The notes under the pieces are model-generated. The model was not told the DNA's origin, did no database searches, and saw nothing but the letters and a program-made list of their open reading frames with translations. A program made the position numbers and the translations under genes. Positions 1-7,970 of a DNA stretch of 17,751 nt are shown here, one piece after another. This stretch comes from Armatimonadota bacterium (lineage in GTDB: Bacteria; Sysuimicrobiota; Sysuimicrobiia; Sysuimicrobiales; Humicultoraceae): assembly GCA_037443365.1 (NCBI GenBank), contig JBBIOM010000036.1, forward strand, positions 1 to 17,751, given 5' to 3'. The stretch's first letter is position 1; every line of letters starts with the position of its first letter.

Positions 1-512
1 TAGTACGTCAGCACCGAGAACAGCTCCGCGCCTTCCAGCGCTCCCCGGCCGTTCAGGAACGTGAGCTCCACCAGGCAGGCCATCCCCACGACGATGCCGC
101 CCAGGCGCTCGACAAGCCGGCGCGTGGCACCGAGCGTGCCTCCGGTTGCGATCACATCGTCCACAATGACCACGCGCTGCCCTGGGGCGATTGCGTCCTC
201 GTGCATTTCCAGCGCCGCCACCCCGTACTCCAACTGGTACTCTTCGCGGATGGTCTTCCACGGCAGCTTGCCGGGCTTGCGCGCCGGCACGAACGCCGCG
301 CCGAGTCGCAGCGCCAGCGGCGCGGCCAGGATGTAGCCGCGCGCCTCGATCGCCACGATCACGTCCGGGCGCTTGGGCCGGCAGTAGGCCTCGAGCGCGT
401 CGAGCGCGTGCGTGAACGCCTCCGGCGAGCGCAGCAGGGGGGTGATGTCCCTGAAGATCACGCCCTCGATCGGGAATCCGGGCACGTCGCGTATGTAGGC
501 CTTGAGATCCAA
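1..512 (-). CDS. apt: Adenine phosphoribosyltransferase (stop codon cut by window edge)
   Basis: Not in ORF track; translated by hand. TTG at 512, 8 nt downstream of AGGAGG (526-521). Reads MDLKAYIRDVPGFPIEGVIFRDITPLL...IEARGYI...ARKPGKLP...EYQLEYG...VVIVDDVIATGGT (PRPP-binding motif)...ELFSVLTY, 170 codons, then 'TA' at positions 2-1 (probable stop). Confidence 0.97.
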   Translation of the reverse strand, partial: MDLKAYIRDVPGFPIEGVIFRDITPLLRSPEAFTHALDALEAYCRPKRPDVIVAIEARGYILAAPLALRLGAAFVPARKPGKLPWKTIREEYQLEYGVAALEMHEDAIAPGQRVVIVDDVIATGGTLGATRRLVERLGGIVVGMACLVELTFLNGRGALEGAELFSVLTY

Positions 513-526
513 GAGTGCCACCTCCT

Positions 527-1513
527 CTAGGAAGCAGGTCGTCGAGTGTAGAAGGCCACGGTACGAGCCAGCCCTTCGCGGAAGGCCACTTGCGGCTCGT
601 AGCCGAGGCGGGCGCGCGCCCTGGAGATGTCGGCCTGGGTGTGCCTTGCGTCTCCCAGGCGGGGGCCGGTGTGCCGCATCTCCAGACGGCGTCCGGTAAT
701 CCGCGCGATGGCCTCGGCAACCTCAAGCAGCGTGAAGCGCTCGCCGCAGGCGATGTTGAGCGGTTCGCCACCCAGGTTGGGTCCATCGGCCGCCAGGAGG
801 CTGGCGGAGGTGACGTTGTCCACGTACGTGAAGTCCCGCGACTGCAGGCCGTCCCCGTGGATCTCCAACGGGCGGCCTGCCAGCGCCCATGCGATGAACA
901 ACGGTATGACAGCGGCGTACGGTGAACGCGGATCCTGGAGGGGCCCGAAGACATTGAAGTACCGAAGCACAACGGTCGGCAGCCCGTAGATCCGGGAGAA
1001 CACCCTGCAGTAGTGCTCGCCCGCCAGCTTGGAGGCGGCGTACGGCGATGCCGGCAGCGGGACCTGATCCTCCTGCTTGGGCAGGGCCTCGTTGTCGCCG
1101 TACACCGAGGACGACGACGCGTACACGAACTGACGCACCCCGGCCCGGACGGCGGCGCGCAGCATGTGCAGCGTGCCGGTGACGTTGACGTCGTGGGCGC
1201 CGAGCGGGTCCTCAACCGAACGGGGGATCGAGCGCATCGCTGCCTGATGCAGCACGACGTCCGCGCCGCGGCACGCGCGCTCGCAGATCTCTGGGTCGCG
1301 GATGTCCCCGCGCACTATCTCAACGTTGCCGAGGCGTGCGGGGAACCCTTCGCCGGGCTCCTTGACCTCGTGGCCGAGCACGAAGGCGAGATTCGCGGCG
1401 GTGCCTGTGGAGAAGTCGTCCAGCACCCTGACGGGGTGCCCGCGACGCGCCAGGGCGCCCACGAGATGGGCGCCGATGAACCCGGCACCGCCGGTCACCA
1501 GGTAGAGGGGCAT
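527..1513 (-). CDS. NAD-dependent epimerase/dehydratase (extended SDR), WbpP/TviC-like UDP-HexNAc or UDP-glucose 4-epimerase
   Basis: GGAGFIG Rossmann motif, ASSSSVYG, catalytic YAASK (YxxxK), and RYFNVFGPLQDPRSPYAAVIP typical of WbpP-like epimerases. ATG abuts the upstream TAG (TAG-ATG at 1516-1511). Confidence 0.92.
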   Translation of the reverse strand: MPLYLVTGGAGFIGAHLVGALARRGHPVRVLDDFSTGTAANLAFVLGHEVKEPGEGFPARLGNVEIVRGDIRDPEICERACRGADVVLHQAAMRSIPRSVEDPLGAHDVNVTGTLHMLRAAVRAGVRQFVYASSSSVYGDNEALPKQEDQVPLPASPYAASKLAGEHYCRVFSRIYGLPTVVLRYFNVFGPLQDPRSPYAAVIPLFIAWALAGRPLEIHGDGLQSRDFTYVDNVTSASLLAADGPNLGGEPLNIACGERFTLLEVAEAIARITGRRLEMRHTGPRLGDARHTQADISRARARLGYEPQVAFREGLARTVAFYTRRPAS

Positions 1514-2491
1514 CTATCCGAGTTCGACCTCTGATGAGTCGCCCAGGTTGATCCGCGCCGGCCGGCCGGCCACCGAGGCGTGCTCACCGATGATGGAATG
1601 CTCCAGCAGCACGCCGTCCAGCGTAGCGTCGGCGTTCACGATGCTGTCCCTTATGACCGAGTGCGACACGCGCGCGCGCTGGGCCACCGAGGCGTACGGG
1701 CCTATCACCGAGCCCTCGATTAGGGCCGAGGGATCCACGTACGACGGGGGCAGCACGACCGAACCGTCGGGCACGTAGGCGGGCAGCAGCTCGCTGGACA
1801 GCAGCTCGCGGTTTGCCTCGAGCAGCGCCTCACTTGTCCCGCAGTCGTACCAGCCGGTGATGTGGAAGGTCTGCATGCGCTCGCCGGCCTCGACCATCAT
1901 CTGCAGCGCATCGGCCAGCCAGTACTCGCCGCGCACCTGCCGGCGCTCGTCGATCAGGCGCTCGAGGCACCCGGCCAGCAGGAGGGGGTTCCTTATCAGG
2001 TAAACGCCCACAACGGCCAGGTTGCTCTGCGGCATCTCGGGTTTCTCGACCAGGCGACGCACGTAGCCGTCACAGACCTCCACGACCCCGAAGCGACGCG
2101 CATCGGCGACCTCGCGAACGCCTATGGCGGACTCCTCGAGCGCCAGCACGCAGGGAAGGTCGGCCTTTATGATGGTGTCGCCCATGACGATAAGGACACC
2201 GTCGCCGTCCAGGTGCTGCCGCGCCACGTAGATCGCGTGCCCATTGCCAAGCGCTTCTCTCTGCACCACGAAATGCACCGGGATCTTGTAGCGGCTGCGG
2301 ACGAACTCCTCGACCTTCTCGCCCAGGTGCCCGACAACGAGCACCGCCTCGTCCACGCCCGCGGCGACCAACTCGTCGAGGATGTGCCCGAGGATCGGCC
2401 GGCCGGCCACGTGCATGAGCGCCTTGGGCTGAGTGTGGGTGTGCGGCCTCAGGCGGCGGCCGACGCCGGCAACCGGGACGATGGCCTTCAC
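1514..2491 (-). CDS. Sugar-phosphate nucleotidyltransferase (glucose-1-phosphate thymidylyltransferase long form-like, with C-terminal left-handed beta-helix)
   Basis: N-terminal KAIVPVAGVGRRLRPHTHTQPKAL (GxGxRLxPxTxxxPK), LVEKP, GEYWLADA, GWYDCG, and a hexapeptide-like C-terminus (SVIGPYASVA..SVIRDSIV..SIIGEHASV). GTG start overlaps the MNT stop (GTGA 2491-2488). Confidence 0.92.
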   Translation of the reverse strand: MKAIVPVAGVGRRLRPHTHTQPKALMHVAGRPILGHILDELVAAGVDEAVLVVGHLGEKVEEFVRSRYKIPVHFVVQREALGNGHAIYVARQHLDGDGVLIVMGDTIIKADLPCVLALEESAIGVREVADARRFGVVEVCDGYVRRLVEKPEMPQSNLAVVGVYLIRNPLLLAGCLERLIDERRQVRGEYWLADALQMMVEAGERMQTFHITGWYDCGTSEALLEANRELLSSELLPAYVPDGSVVLPPSYVDPSALIEGSVIGPYASVAQRARVSHSVIRDSIVNADATLDGVLLEHSIIGEHASVAGRPARINLGDSSEVELG

Positions 2492-2901
2492 AGATCCGGC
2501 TCCCGCGCGACCGGGCTACCCGCGCCGCGCTGAAACAGCACGACGCCCTCGCGCAGCGCCCGCCGAATGAACCAGTTGCCTTCGGCTTTCATCCGTTCGA
2601 CCTCCGCACGCGTGTAGGGGAACACCTCTACGGCTACTCCAGCCACCGGGGAAACGGCATATCGCACAAGCCGCTCCATCCAGGGAAGGTCGCAGCCCTC
2701 TAGGACGAGGAGCAGATCGGCATCGCTTCCCGGAACCGCCTCGCCGCGAGCAAGGGAGCCGAACAGCACAACGGACTCAATCTCCGGGTGCGTGCCCGGC
2801 AGACCTAGAACCGTCTCCCGCAGCGCCCGGAGCACCTCATGCCGGTCTAGAAAAGTGACCTGCACAGAACCGAAGGATATCTTCCGCAGCGCGGATCGCA
2901 A
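2488..2901 (-). CDS. Minimal nucleotidyltransferase (MNT) domain protein, putative antitoxin
   Basis: VVLFGSLARGEAVPGSDADLLLV is an exact GSX10DXD motif; later VEVFPYT..E..M...GN.FI..ALREG. Start reassigned from track 2955 to TTG at 2901 (GGGAGG 9 nt upstream), giving 137 aa. GTG at 2865 is an alternative. Confidence 0.88.
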   Translation of the reverse strand: MRSALRKISFGSVQVTFLDRHEVLRALRETVLGLPGTHPEIESVVLFGSLARGEAVPGSDADLLLVLEGCDLPWMERLVRYAVSPVAGVAVEVFPYTRAEVERMKAEGNWFIRRALREGVVLFQRGAGSPVAREPDL

Positions 2902-3235
2902 CGTCGGCGTCCTCCCGCGTGTAGTAACGATGCGGCGCTCCCTCGGGATGGGCATTGGGATAGCGCGTACCTATGTAGTGTCGGTCGAGTGCCCGCGCAA
3001 GATCCCGCATCTGCCCGCTTACCGCAAGGTCACTCGGGAGAGACTCGAGCAAGCCCAGAACGGAGTGCCCCCGGGCCTCGGCACCGAGTCTCTGGAACAG
3101 GGCCTTGACCGCCTTCTCGGCCGCCTGCTGTGAAGCGAAGCAGGCCCACTCGTAGTATCCAGCCTCTAGCGCATGCCGGGCATGCTGAAGGTCACGTTCG
3201 GCCTGACTGAACCAGTCCTCGTGCCGCGCCGGCAT
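2837..3235 (-). CDS. HEPN domain protein (COG2250-like), MNT-paired putative toxin
   Basis: W..QAERDL..A......YEWACFASQQAAEKAVKA...GHS...LDRHYIGTRYPNAH pattern of MNT-associated HEPN proteins. ATG at 3235 with GGGAGG 8 nt upstream, 132 aa (track start 3277 is over-extended). Confidence 0.92.
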   Translation of the reverse strand: MPARHEDWFSQAERDLQHARHALEAGYYEWACFASQQAAEKAVKALFQRLGAEARGHSVLGLLESLPSDLAVSGQMRDLARALDRHYIGTRYPNAHPEGAPHRYYTREDADVAIRAAEDILRFCAGHFSRPA

Positions 3236-3350
3236 GGCGCCACCCTCCCGCATCGCCCCGCGCCCAAGATCCGGCAAACCGGGTTACCCACTAAGCTTCG
3301 CCTTCCCGAAGGTGCTTCCTCCAGAGACAGGCGCCTCCGCAGGTCAATAC

Positions 3351-4754
3351 TCATCGTCGGCCGCCGCCTCGGAGCACGTACCCCAAGGTCCGGATGAGGA
3401 TCTGCGCGTCGAGCAGCACCGAGCGGTGCTTGATGTAGTACAGGTCGTAGCGCAGCTTCACCAGGGCACCCTCAACCGAGTCGGCGTATCCGAATCTGAC
3501 CTGCGCCCATCCTGCCACGCCCGGCTGGACGCCGAGGCGCACCCTGTAGAAGGGAATCAGCGCCTCCAGTTCAACCACGATCTCGGGCCGCTCGGGCCGG
3601 GGTCCCACCACGCTCATCTCGCCGCGCAGGATGTTGACCGCCTGGGGCAGCTCGTCCAGGTGCAGCCGCCGCAGCACGCGCCCTACCCTGGTTACGCGCG
3701 TATCGTCAACGCCGGCCCAACGCGGGCCCTCGGGCTCCGCGTCGGCGACCATGGTGCGGAACTTCAGGAGGAAGAACTCACGCCCTCCCCTTCCGACCCG
3801 GCGCTGGCGATAGAAGGGCGACCCCCGGTCCTCCAGCCACACCGCCGCGGCCACGAAGGGCAATATCGCCGCCACCGCCAGCAAGCCGGTCGCACCCAGC
3901 AGGAGATCGGTCAGGCGCTTCAAGGTCTCGTAGAGCGCAGGTGGAGGGCGATCCAACGGCAGCGCTATGTGCAGATCGCCATCCGCCTGCTCGATCGGGA
4001 CCTGCCCGGTGAGGTCCTCGATCAGGCGGTGCGCCGGTGTCACCGCAACGCCGCGCTCCTGGCAGGCAACCAGGGCGCGCACGAGATCGCCGTCGAACCC
4101 TCCGGGGCAGGCAACGATCACCTCGGAGGCCTGCGCCTGGTGCGCCACGCTTGGGAGATCGCGATATGTGCCCAGGACCGGAAGCCCGTCCACCTCCGCC
4201 CCCTCGCGCGCGGGTGCGCCGACAACGAACCCGGCAGGCACGTACTCCGTGCGCCCGTACTCGCGCATGGCCGCCAGCGCCCCGCGTCCTGCCTCGCCGG
4301 CGCCCGCGATCACGACCGTGTGACGGAAAGAAGGCTGAACCAGGATGAGCGCGTAGAAGGCCCGCCAGGCGGCAACGGCCGCCGTGGTTGCGCCGAAGAA
4401 CCACAGCAGCGTCAGGCGCGACGGCAGCAGGTTCGGCGTGACGTAGGGAAGGGTCAGGTAGAGCGCGTCGGCCACAACCACGGCCAGGGCCGCGCGGATG
4501 GGCCCGGCCGGCAGGCGGGCCGCCAGCCGCAGGTCGTAGAGCTCGCCGACAGACGCCGCCAGCAGCCACGCCGCCGAGAGCAGGACGAACCAGGACGCCC
4601 GCTCCACGATCGTGCCCGCGGCGAGCGCATAACTCAGCCGCGCAGACAATGTGAGAAGCAGCGCAAGATTCAGCAGGACCAGATCCAGCAACCCCAGCAG
4701 GATCTTGCGCTCCGAGATCTGCAGCGGCCAGCGGAATCCGTGCGCGTCCCTCAT
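3351..4754 (-). CDS. Polyprenyl glycosylphosphotransferase (WcaJ/WbaP-type priming sugar transferase)
   Basis: About four N-terminal hydrophobic segments, a Rossmann-like middle domain (VVIAGAGEAG), then the bacterial sugar transferase domain: KRLTDLL, FYRQRRVG, KFRTM, LDELPQ, GEMSVVGPRPERP, YDLYY. ATGA overlap with GT4 stop at 4754-4751. Confidence 0.95.
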   Translation of the reverse strand: MRDAHGFRWPLQISERKILLGLLDLVLLNLALLLTLSARLSYALAAGTIVERASWFVLLSAAWLLAASVGELYDLRLAARLPAGPIRAALAVVVADALYLTLPYVTPNLLPSRLTLLWFFGATTAAVAAWRAFYALILVQPSFRHTVVIAGAGEAGRGALAAMREYGRTEYVPAGFVVGAPAREGAEVDGLPVLGTYRDLPSVAHQAQASEVIVACPGGFDGDLVRALVACQERGVAVTPAHRLIEDLTGQVPIEQADGDLHIALPLDRPPPALYETLKRLTDLLLGATGLLAVAAILPFVAAAVWLEDRGSPFYRQRRVGRGGREFFLLKFRTMVADAEPEGPRWAGVDDTRVTRVGRVLRRLHLDELPQAVNILRGEMSVVGPRPERPEIVVELEALIPFYRVRLGVQPGVAGWAQVRFGYADSVEGALVKLRYDLYYIKHRSVLLDAQILIRTLGYVLRGGGRR

Positions 4755-5911
4755 GGCGTCCTCGGGGATGCGTCGCGCATTGGGCGCGCTGTCGCGGAGA
4801 GCGCGCGCTCGTAGACCGCCGCGGTCTGCGCCAGCATCCTCTCCTCGGTGAACCGCTCGAGCGCCCTGCGCCTGCCTGCCTCTCCCATGCGCTGGCGGAG
4901 TTCGGAATCACCCAGCAGCCGGGCCAGCGCCAGCGCGAGCGCGTCGGGATCCCCGGCCGGCACGAGAAGACCAGTCTCTCCGTGCACCACCGCCTCCGAG
5001 ACACCCCCTGCATCAGTGGCCACGACGGGCAGGCCGCTCATCATTGCTTCAATCACGGAGAGCGGCATTCCCTCCCAGCGGCTGGACAGCACGAAAACGT
5101 CCGCCATAGAGAGCAGCGCGGGCACGTCCTGGCGCGTGCCGAGCAGCGTGACACGCCCGCCCAGCCCTGACCCCTGCACCAGGGCTTCGACCTGCTCCCG
5201 CATGGGACCGTCGCCCACCAGCAGGAGGCGGCGATCCGCGCCGAGTTGCGTCCAGGCCTTGACGAGCGTGATCGGGTCCTTGGGCTCCTTGAGCCTGCTG
5301 ACCATGACGGCCGTGCAAGGTCTGCCGGTCCCTGCTCCGTCCTCTTGCACCGGGGCGCGCGCAAGCCAGGGATCAGGGGCGATGCCGTTGGGAATCACCT
5401 CGAGGCGCGTGGGCGGGCCTATCCCAACCCGGAGCGCTGCCTCCCGGTCACGCTGTGAGACGCAGATGATGGTTGTTGTGAGTCGAGCGGCCACCTTCTC
5501 TGCCAGCGCAAGGAGCATGCGTACCGGTGGGGGCCACCATGGTCCGGCAAACGGCCATCCATGGGCCGTGAAGAGCACTGCGGGAGTCCCGGCTAGCCTC
5601 GCGGCCATCCTCCCCAGCAGCCCTGCCTTGGTGCTGTGACAGTGCACCAGGGCGAACCGCTCGCTGCGCATCCAGCGTGCGAGCCGCACGAGCGTGGCAA
5701 GGTCGGCAAGCGGGCTGGGCGCACGGACAAGACGCGGGATCTCAACAACGCGGATGCCCTCCTGGCGGAGACGCCCCACGAGCGGCCCTCCCGGGCCGCA
5801 TGCCACGGTGACATCGTAGAGGCCCCGGAGGCCCTGAGCCAGCGCAAGGACGTTTGCCTGGGCCCCGCCCCAGTCAGACAGGGTGATCAGCATCAGTATC
5901 CGGTGAACCAC
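4751..5911 (-). CDS. Glycosyltransferase family 4 (GT-B, retaining)
   Basis: WGGAQ, VHCHSTKAG, TAHG, VIPNGI, SRLKEPKD, and SRWEGMPLSVIEAM (EX7E motif). GTG start with GGAG 7 nt upstream, overlapping the GT2 3' end. Confidence 0.95.
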   Translation of the reverse strand: MVHRILMLITLSDWGGAQANVLALAQGLRGLYDVTVACGPGGPLVGRLRQEGIRVVEIPRLVRAPSPLADLATLVRLARWMRSERFALVHCHSTKAGLLGRMAARLAGTPAVLFTAHGWPFAGPWWPPPVRMLLALAEKVAARLTTTIICVSQRDREAALRVGIGPPTRLEVIPNGIAPDPWLARAPVQEDGAGTGRPCTAVMVSRLKEPKDPITLVKAWTQLGADRRLLLVGDGPMREQVEALVQGSGLGGRVTLLGTRQDVPALLSMADVFVLSSRWEGMPLSVIEAMMSGLPVVATDAGGVSEAVVHGETGLLVPAGDPDALALALARLLGDSELRQRMGEAGRRRALERFTEERMLAQTAAVYERALSATARPMRDASPRTP

Positions 5912-6666
5912 TCCAGCGCTCCGAAGGCCGCCACGCCCAGCAGCGTGGGAACCAGCCCGAGACGCGCGCCCGCGGGAAGGCCCAGGCGCTGGATCGCCAT
6001 GCGTTGGAACTCCAGCTTCGTGCGCAGTCTGTGGCTGCGGGATCCGGATCGCGACAAGCTATTCGGCCGGAGCCGCCTTATTATCACCAGGGGCTCAGCC
6101 AGGTTCGCGACGGGGTAGGCGGCCGCCATTTGGACCAGGAGGTGGTAGTCCTCGAAGCGGGTATCCGCATACCCCCCGCATGCCTCCATCGCGGAACGGC
6201 GCATCATCATCGAAATGTGCACAAAGGGATTACCCCAGGCCATGGCGCGGCGAATCGCACCGTCCGAGGTGGGAACCCGGAGCAGCCGCTCGCGACCATG
6301 CTCATCCCGCAGATATGCGCTCGATCCGACAGCCGCAATTGCAGGATGAGCATCGAGAAACGCCACCTGCCGACTGCATCGTTCAGGAAGCCAGAGGTCG
6401 TCCGCGTCGAGGATGGCGATCAACCCGTGCCTCGCCGACGCGATGCCCTTGTTCAGGGCGGCGGCCCGGCCGATGCGGGCCTCGCGGAGAACCCGAACAC
6501 GCGGATCCCCAACTGCCTCGGCCAGATCCGCGGTCCTGTCGGCGGACCCGTCGTCCACAACGATGACCTCGCAATCAGCATGCGTCTGTGCAAGGACGCT
6601 GGCGATTGCCTCACAAATGAGGTCCTCCTCGTTGTAGGCGGTGATGACCGCGGTCACGCCGGGCAA
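5893..6666 (-). CDS. Glycosyltransferase family 2 (GT-A)
   Basis: VTAVITAYNEE, VIVVDDGSAD, AALNKG, AILDADD (DxD), FEDYHL. Start reassigned from track 6774 to TTG at 6666, 6 nt after GAGGAG and just downstream of the upstream gene's TGA (6679-6677); 257 aa. Confidence 0.92.
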   Translation of the reverse strand: MPGVTAVITAYNEEDLICEAIASVLAQTHADCEVIVVDDGSADRTADLAEAVGDPRVRVLREARIGRAAALNKGIASARHGLIAILDADDLWLPERCSRQVAFLDAHPAIAAVGSSAYLRDEHGRERLLRVPTSDGAIRRAMAWGNPFVHISMMMRRSAMEACGGYADTRFEDYHLLVQMAAAYPVANLAEPLVIIRRLRPNSLSRSGSRSHRLRTKLEFQRMAIQRLGLPAGARLGLVPTLLGVAAFGALEWFTGY

Positions 6667-6676
6667 TCTGATCTCC

Positions 6677-7951
6677 TCATGCCAGCCCAGCGGGCGATGC
6701 CGGACCGGCGCATCGTCTGTGCCAGCAGGCCATTGCGAGGGCGATCCACAGGTGCCGCCAGTGCAGGCTGTCAACTACGAGCGAGTCCACAAGTTGACCC
6801 GCGAGAACGGCCAGAGCCGTGCCACCTCCCGGCTCGACGCCCACGAAGTGCATTGCAACAAGCGCGGCGAAGAGCACGAGCGCCGGCAGCCCGTTCTCGC
6901 TCAGGATACGCAGGTAGAGGCTGTGGGCGGCGTAGCCGTACGCGGCCTCAAACTGCCCCGGGCCTATGCCTAGCACCCGCTCGGGAAGAAGACCGCCGGT
7001 CAGTGCCTTATGCTGCACCTCGAACCTCGTGCTGTCGTAGCTTTGAAGCGCGGCCCTACCAACAAGGGCAGGGGCGAGATCGTGCGCGAGGACGAATCCC
7101 CCGACCACCGCCAGCCCCAGAGCCAGCGTAAGGGCGCCGCGGCGCACCTGCGCATACTCGCGCCTGCGCAGGGCAATGACCGCCATGATCGCCAGCGTGA
7201 CCGCTGCTGCCAGGACCGCTCCCCGCGAGAAACTCATGACGAGGCCGAGCAGCAGCAGCGCCGCAGAGAGCATCCAGCCGACCTGCCCCCCGACCATGGC
7301 CCGCTCCACGGACCATGCCAGGGGCAGGACAAGGAAAGCCCCGAGGACGTTTGGGTCTTTGAATGTGCCCTTCCAGCGAGGGCCTCTGTGGTATAGCAGG
7401 TGTTGCAGCCGCGGCACACGGTAGAACGCCACGAGCGTGAGCGCGGTTGTTGCCAGCGCAGCGACGACGATGCCGGTAGTGACAGCCTGCCGGGTATCCT
7501 GGCGCCGCAGCCCTGCCACAGCGAGATAGAGCACGGCCAGGTACCCGGTGATTGCCACGTACCTTATCGCCGCTTGAAGATCACCGGCCTGCGCCACCGA
7601 AGCGACAGAGAGCGTCAAGAACGCCACCAGGACCCAGAACCGCGTGTCGGTCTTGATCTGGAAGTGCCGTCCTGCCAGGCCGGCGACCAGCACCACGGGG
7701 ACCAGCACATCGAAGGGCGCCGGCTCGATCCGCACTACGGCAATGGTCGAGAAAGCGGCAAGGAGGAAGGCGCGGTAGTCCGCCAGGGCCCATGCAAGGT
7801 ACAGCGGGAGCCCCGATAGGGTGAGGACAACCACTCCCTGAGGGGGGAGCAGCCGGGCGATGGCGGTCGCGGTCACCGCCAGAAGATGCGTGACGGCAGC
7901 GCAGGCGAGCAGGCGCCTGTATCGCCCGCATATCGCCTGCAGAGCGGTCAC
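6677..7951 (-). CDS. O-antigen ligase / Wzy polymerase family membrane protein
   Basis: Polytopic hydrophobic protein with RWKGTFKDPNVLG, SFSRGA, LGIGPGQF, AHSLYLRILSENG and DSLHWRHLW. Start reassigned from 8020 to GTG at 7951 (AGGAGG 5 nt upstream), which removes the overlap with PMM/PGM; 424 aa. Confidence 0.88.
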   Translation of the reverse strand: MTALQAICGRYRRLLACAAVTHLLAVTATAIARLLPPQGVVVLTLSGLPLYLAWALADYRAFLLAAFSTIAVVRIEPAPFDVLVPVVLVAGLAGRHFQIKTDTRFWVLVAFLTLSVASVAQAGDLQAAIRYVAITGYLAVLYLAVAGLRRQDTRQAVTTGIVVAALATTALTLVAFYRVPRLQHLLYHRGPRWKGTFKDPNVLGAFLVLPLAWSVERAMVGGQVGWMLSAALLLLGLVMSFSRGAVLAAAVTLAIMAVIALRRREYAQVRRGALTLALGLAVVGGFVLAHDLAPALVGRAALQSYDSTRFEVQHKALTGGLLPERVLGIGPGQFEAAYGYAAHSLYLRILSENGLPALVLFAALVAMHFVGVEPGGGTALAVLAGQLVDSLVVDSLHWRHLWIALAMACWHRRCAGPASPAGLA

Positions 7952-7970
7952 CGTCGCCTCCTGGCAGGCC

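Noticed and set aside
3293-3317. Hairpin as an intrinsic terminator
   Set aside because: No U-tract follows on either strand; kept only as an unexplained structured spacer.
3342-3347. TTGACC on the - strand as a -35 for an internal HEPN-MNT promoter
   Set aside because: No acceptable -10 hexamer at 16-18 nt spacing (CTGGAG at 17 nt).
3234-4814. 526-aa ORF on the + strand
   Set aside because: Antisense shadow of the priming sugar transferase. No recognisable motifs, and long stop-free antisense frames are expected at this GC content.
3778-5013. 411-aa alternative-frame ORF on the - strand, and similar Arg/Gly/Pro-rich ORFs (6004-7131, 8578-9501, 15501-16895, 12605-13189)
   Set aside because: Low-complexity off-frame or antisense translations overlapping genes with clear family motifs.
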